Below, one piece after another: positions 59,914 through 64,000 of a stretch of DNA of 64,000 nt (position 1 is the stretch's first letter; each line of letters opens with the position of its first letter). This DNA comes from Eledone cirrhosa (Eukaryota): assembly GCA_964016885.1 (NCBI GenBank), contig OZ024763.1, positions 3,348,001 through 3,412,000 on the forward strand, given 5' to 3'. The notes under the pieces were generated by a model. The model did not search any database. It had not been told where the DNA came from and was given only the letters and a program-made list of their open reading frames with translations. Both the position numbers and the translations under genes were made by a program.

Positions 59914-60272
59914 CATTTACATTACTCTATGTATACTATTGTATTTTCACAGTAAAGGCTTTACCTTACATAATATCTCACATAACATTTACATTACGCT
60001 ATATATATATTATTGTATTTTCACTGTAAAGGCTTTACCTTACATAAAATCTCACATAACATTTACATTACTCTATATATACTATTGTATTTTCACAGTA
60101 AAGGCTTTACGTCACATAATATCTCACATAACATTTACAATATTCTATATATATACTATTGTATTTTCTCGGTAAAAGCTTTATCTTACATGATTATCTC
60201 ACATAATATCAAATCTATGAGGTAAAGCCTTTACTGCAAAAATACAATAGTAAATATCGAGTAATGTAAATA
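59914..60272. repeat. ~73-bp tandem repeat x4 followed by an inverted unit
   Basis: catttaca recurs at 59914, 59986, 60060 and 60132; ~60215-60272 is a reverse-complement unit. Confidence 0.85.
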
Positions 60273-60467
60273 CTAAGGTGTTAAAAAGTAATATATATTT
60301 AGGGATTTTTTCATTCCATCTATTAGTATGTTACTCTGATGAGTTAGATACATATTTAGACATCGCTACCTATGGAGATTTTCTGCTGCTGATCAAACAT
60401 GTGTAAAAATAATAAAATTATATAATTGTAACAGCACCGTTGGTTTGTTATTTATTATATATACATG

Positions 60468-60899
<432 letters not shown>

Positions 60900-60971
60900 T
60901 ATATATACACACAAAATTAGGTTAGATCCATAACATTATCAACTGTTAGACAAGAGCAGCCAGCGGTGTTT

Positions 60972-61014
60972 CATGTTTCGCTGCGGGAATGTTTCCACAG
61001 CTCGTCAGTTCAAT
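60972..61014 (-). ncRNA. Hammerhead core plus stem II; stems I and III incomplete
   Basis: Reverse complement: attgaa-CTGACGA-gctgtggaa-aca-ttcccgcagc-GAAA-catg; no clean cleavage triplet or stem I follows. Confidence 0.55.
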
Positions 61015-61144
61015 ATATTGGAATGAAATGAATGTCGACAAGAGAGTTCTTATGGAAAGGGGAGAGAACTCGTAGTTTTCGGCTGCCAGTAAAATTAGGG
61101 CGGGGGGATAACTCTGTTTTAGTCCTATGTAAATTAGGAAACAG

Positions 61145-61176
<32 letters not shown>

Positions 61177-61188
61177 TATATATATATC

Positions 61189-61308
<120 letters not shown>

Positions 61309-61449
61309 TATACATATACATACATATATATATATATATCCAGAGACGGGCTAGATCGATACAGATCGAACCTTGAGCTGATCAGTGGCGAAACCCGCAT
61401 GACCAACCAATAAACGTAATGAAAGAGTAACCAATTATCCTTGTTTTAT

Positions 61450-61671
<222 letters not shown>

Positions 61672-62943
61672 GACACATATATATACATAGCCAAAATTAA
61701 ATATATACATTATATATATATACTATACATAAGCAGCAAGAGAGAGAGAGTAAAAGGGGCCTTGTTTAATAAAAATACTTTTCCCGCCTCCATACATTCG
61801 TGAACCCTAATTTACTTCTAATTTACATATGCCTAAATAAGAGTTATCGCCCCATATTTAACTGACAGCCGGACACTGTTGGTGCCATTGGTGTTTTTAT
61901 TATTGTTGTTATTGTTGTTGCTGTTGTTATTTTTATCCACAAGTATTTAGTGGAGCCGTATTTTTCGATTTCAAATTTTTTACCTCCCACCCAACCCCAA
62001 CAACACTGACACCTCCACCCCACCAACACAGAGACACAGCCCCACCACACAAACACTGACACACCTCTACACCCACCCAGACCAACACTCCACCTCACCA
62101 TACCCATCAACAGAAAAACACCTGCCTCACCACCAACATTAACACATCCCCCCACCAATACTAACACCCCACCACCTCCACCAACACCTCCACACCTCCA
62201 CAACCACAAACACTCCACCCCACCACCACACCCAGCAACACAGACACGCCCTCTGCAAACACAGGCACTTTACTCTATATTTACCTATCCACCAGCAACA
62301 CAAACACTCCTCCTCACCCACCAACACCCCACCAACACAGACACACCACCAACACCACTCCACCACCAACAACACAAACACACCTCCTCACCCACCAACA
62401 CCCCACCCACAAACACCACTCCACCACCATGTCAACCTATTATCTCCTCTCATTAGTGACACAAGATCCTGATCTAACTCTGTTGGACACGTGACTAACT
62501 AATCTGTCACGTGTTAGCAATCTTAATAGAAACACACTTGTTTTACATGCACAGACGTACACATAACTGTATACATATATATGTATATATATATGGCCCC
62601 TGTATCCCCACCCCATCCACACCACCCCTTCCAATGTAAAGTTATGTTGGTACCACAACATCCAGGCCGAAACAAATGAGGTCGTGTAGGTGTCACGACA
62701 AAAAAAAAACACACAGTCCACGCTGTAATGTGGCCGTGTAGGTAACACGGTAAAAACCTCCCAGTCCACACTGTAAACGTGGTTGGTGTTAGGAAGGGCA
62801 TCCAGCCGTAGAAAACCCGCCAGGCAGTCCTATACGAGCAAGACAACCAATCTTGCCTCAAGTGGGAAAACTCCCGTCCAAACCCATGCTAGCGTGGAAG
62901 ATGGTCGTTAAACGATGATGATGATGATGATGATGATGATATA

Positions 62944-63031
<88 letters not shown>

Positions 63032-63229
63032 ATATATCTCATATGAAATGATACAGCCAATTTTCCACACAATACTATTAGTTAGCACCCCGAACGTTTA
63101 ATTAGGAATATACTCACTTATTTCCTAATGTTTGTTGAGTGAGTTGGGATTTGGCCGGAGTATGGCTACTAGCTTTCTCCGATTATGTATTTATATATAT
63201 ATATTTACATGTATATATAGATATATATG

Positions 63230-63269
<40 letters not shown>

Positions 63270-63527
63270 ATATCTGTTCAATACAGTTAATCCATACCTC
63301 ATGTTTCGAAGCATGCCACTCTATGGACCATAAAGTTGCATTATGGTCTCAATTGGGACTGATTTTCATCAAACTAGGCCTGCTTCGAAACCTAAGGTAT
63401 TGGTCAAACGCTTTGAGCAGATATAAAGAATATTTTAGCACTGTTGTTGCTGTACAGCATTCTTTTTATTTATTCCTTTACTATTACTCGATAATACACA
63501 CACACACACACATATATATATATACTC

Positions 63528-63605
<78 letters not shown>

Positions 63606-63783
63606 GAATATATATATACACACAAACATATATATATATGTATATATGAATGTATATATATATATATATATATATATACATTTTTATGCATATACATATA
63701 TATACATATATATAGAGATTTATATATACATAATTCTATATATATATATATATATACATGAATGTATACACACATACACACAC

Positions 63784-63842
<59 letters not shown>

Positions 63843-63874
63843 CACACACGTATATATGTATATATATATATATA

Positions 63875-63982
<108 letters not shown>

Positions 63983-64000
63983 TATATATATATAATGGCC

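Noticed and set aside
60336-60380. CTGATGA matches here and at ~25393, ~47970 and ~51046; CTGACGA at ~27122
   Set aside because: No correctly placed stem II plus GAAA plus UH; treated as chance or too decayed.
61340-61440. CTGATCA-gtggc-GAAA motif between TA tracts
   Set aside because: The 3-8 pair is broken, stem II is 1 bp and there is no cleavage triplet.

Overview
Microsatellite-saturated, AT-rich animal genomic DNA. The SINE content suggests an octopod cephalopod (inference). Almost all ORFs in the supplied track are microsatellite artefacts. One host gene can be reconstructed: a three-exon, 194-aa globin X-like gene on + (16528-16736, 51804-52029, 53141-53290). It has an N-terminal MGC acylation motif, the ancestral B12.2 and G7.0 introns and a 35-kb first intron. 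The most striking unannotated signal is a dense population of short elements inserted into (TA)n tracts. Several families carry type I hammerhead ribozyme motifs, including minimal palindromic-stem-III forms and a compensatory U3-A8 core variant, and many have fold-back (inverted) arms that break at or near the ribozyme helices. Degenerate Penelope-like GIY-YIG ORF fragments nearby suggest these are pLTR-derived, retrozyme-like elements. At least five well-formed hammerheads lie in sense orientation within the globin pre-mRNA intron. The rest is tRNA-derived SINEs, RTE/CR1/R4-Dong/CRE LINE fragments, a hAT MITE and several minisatellites, two with higher-order structure. All calls are by eye; no searches or folding programs were run.
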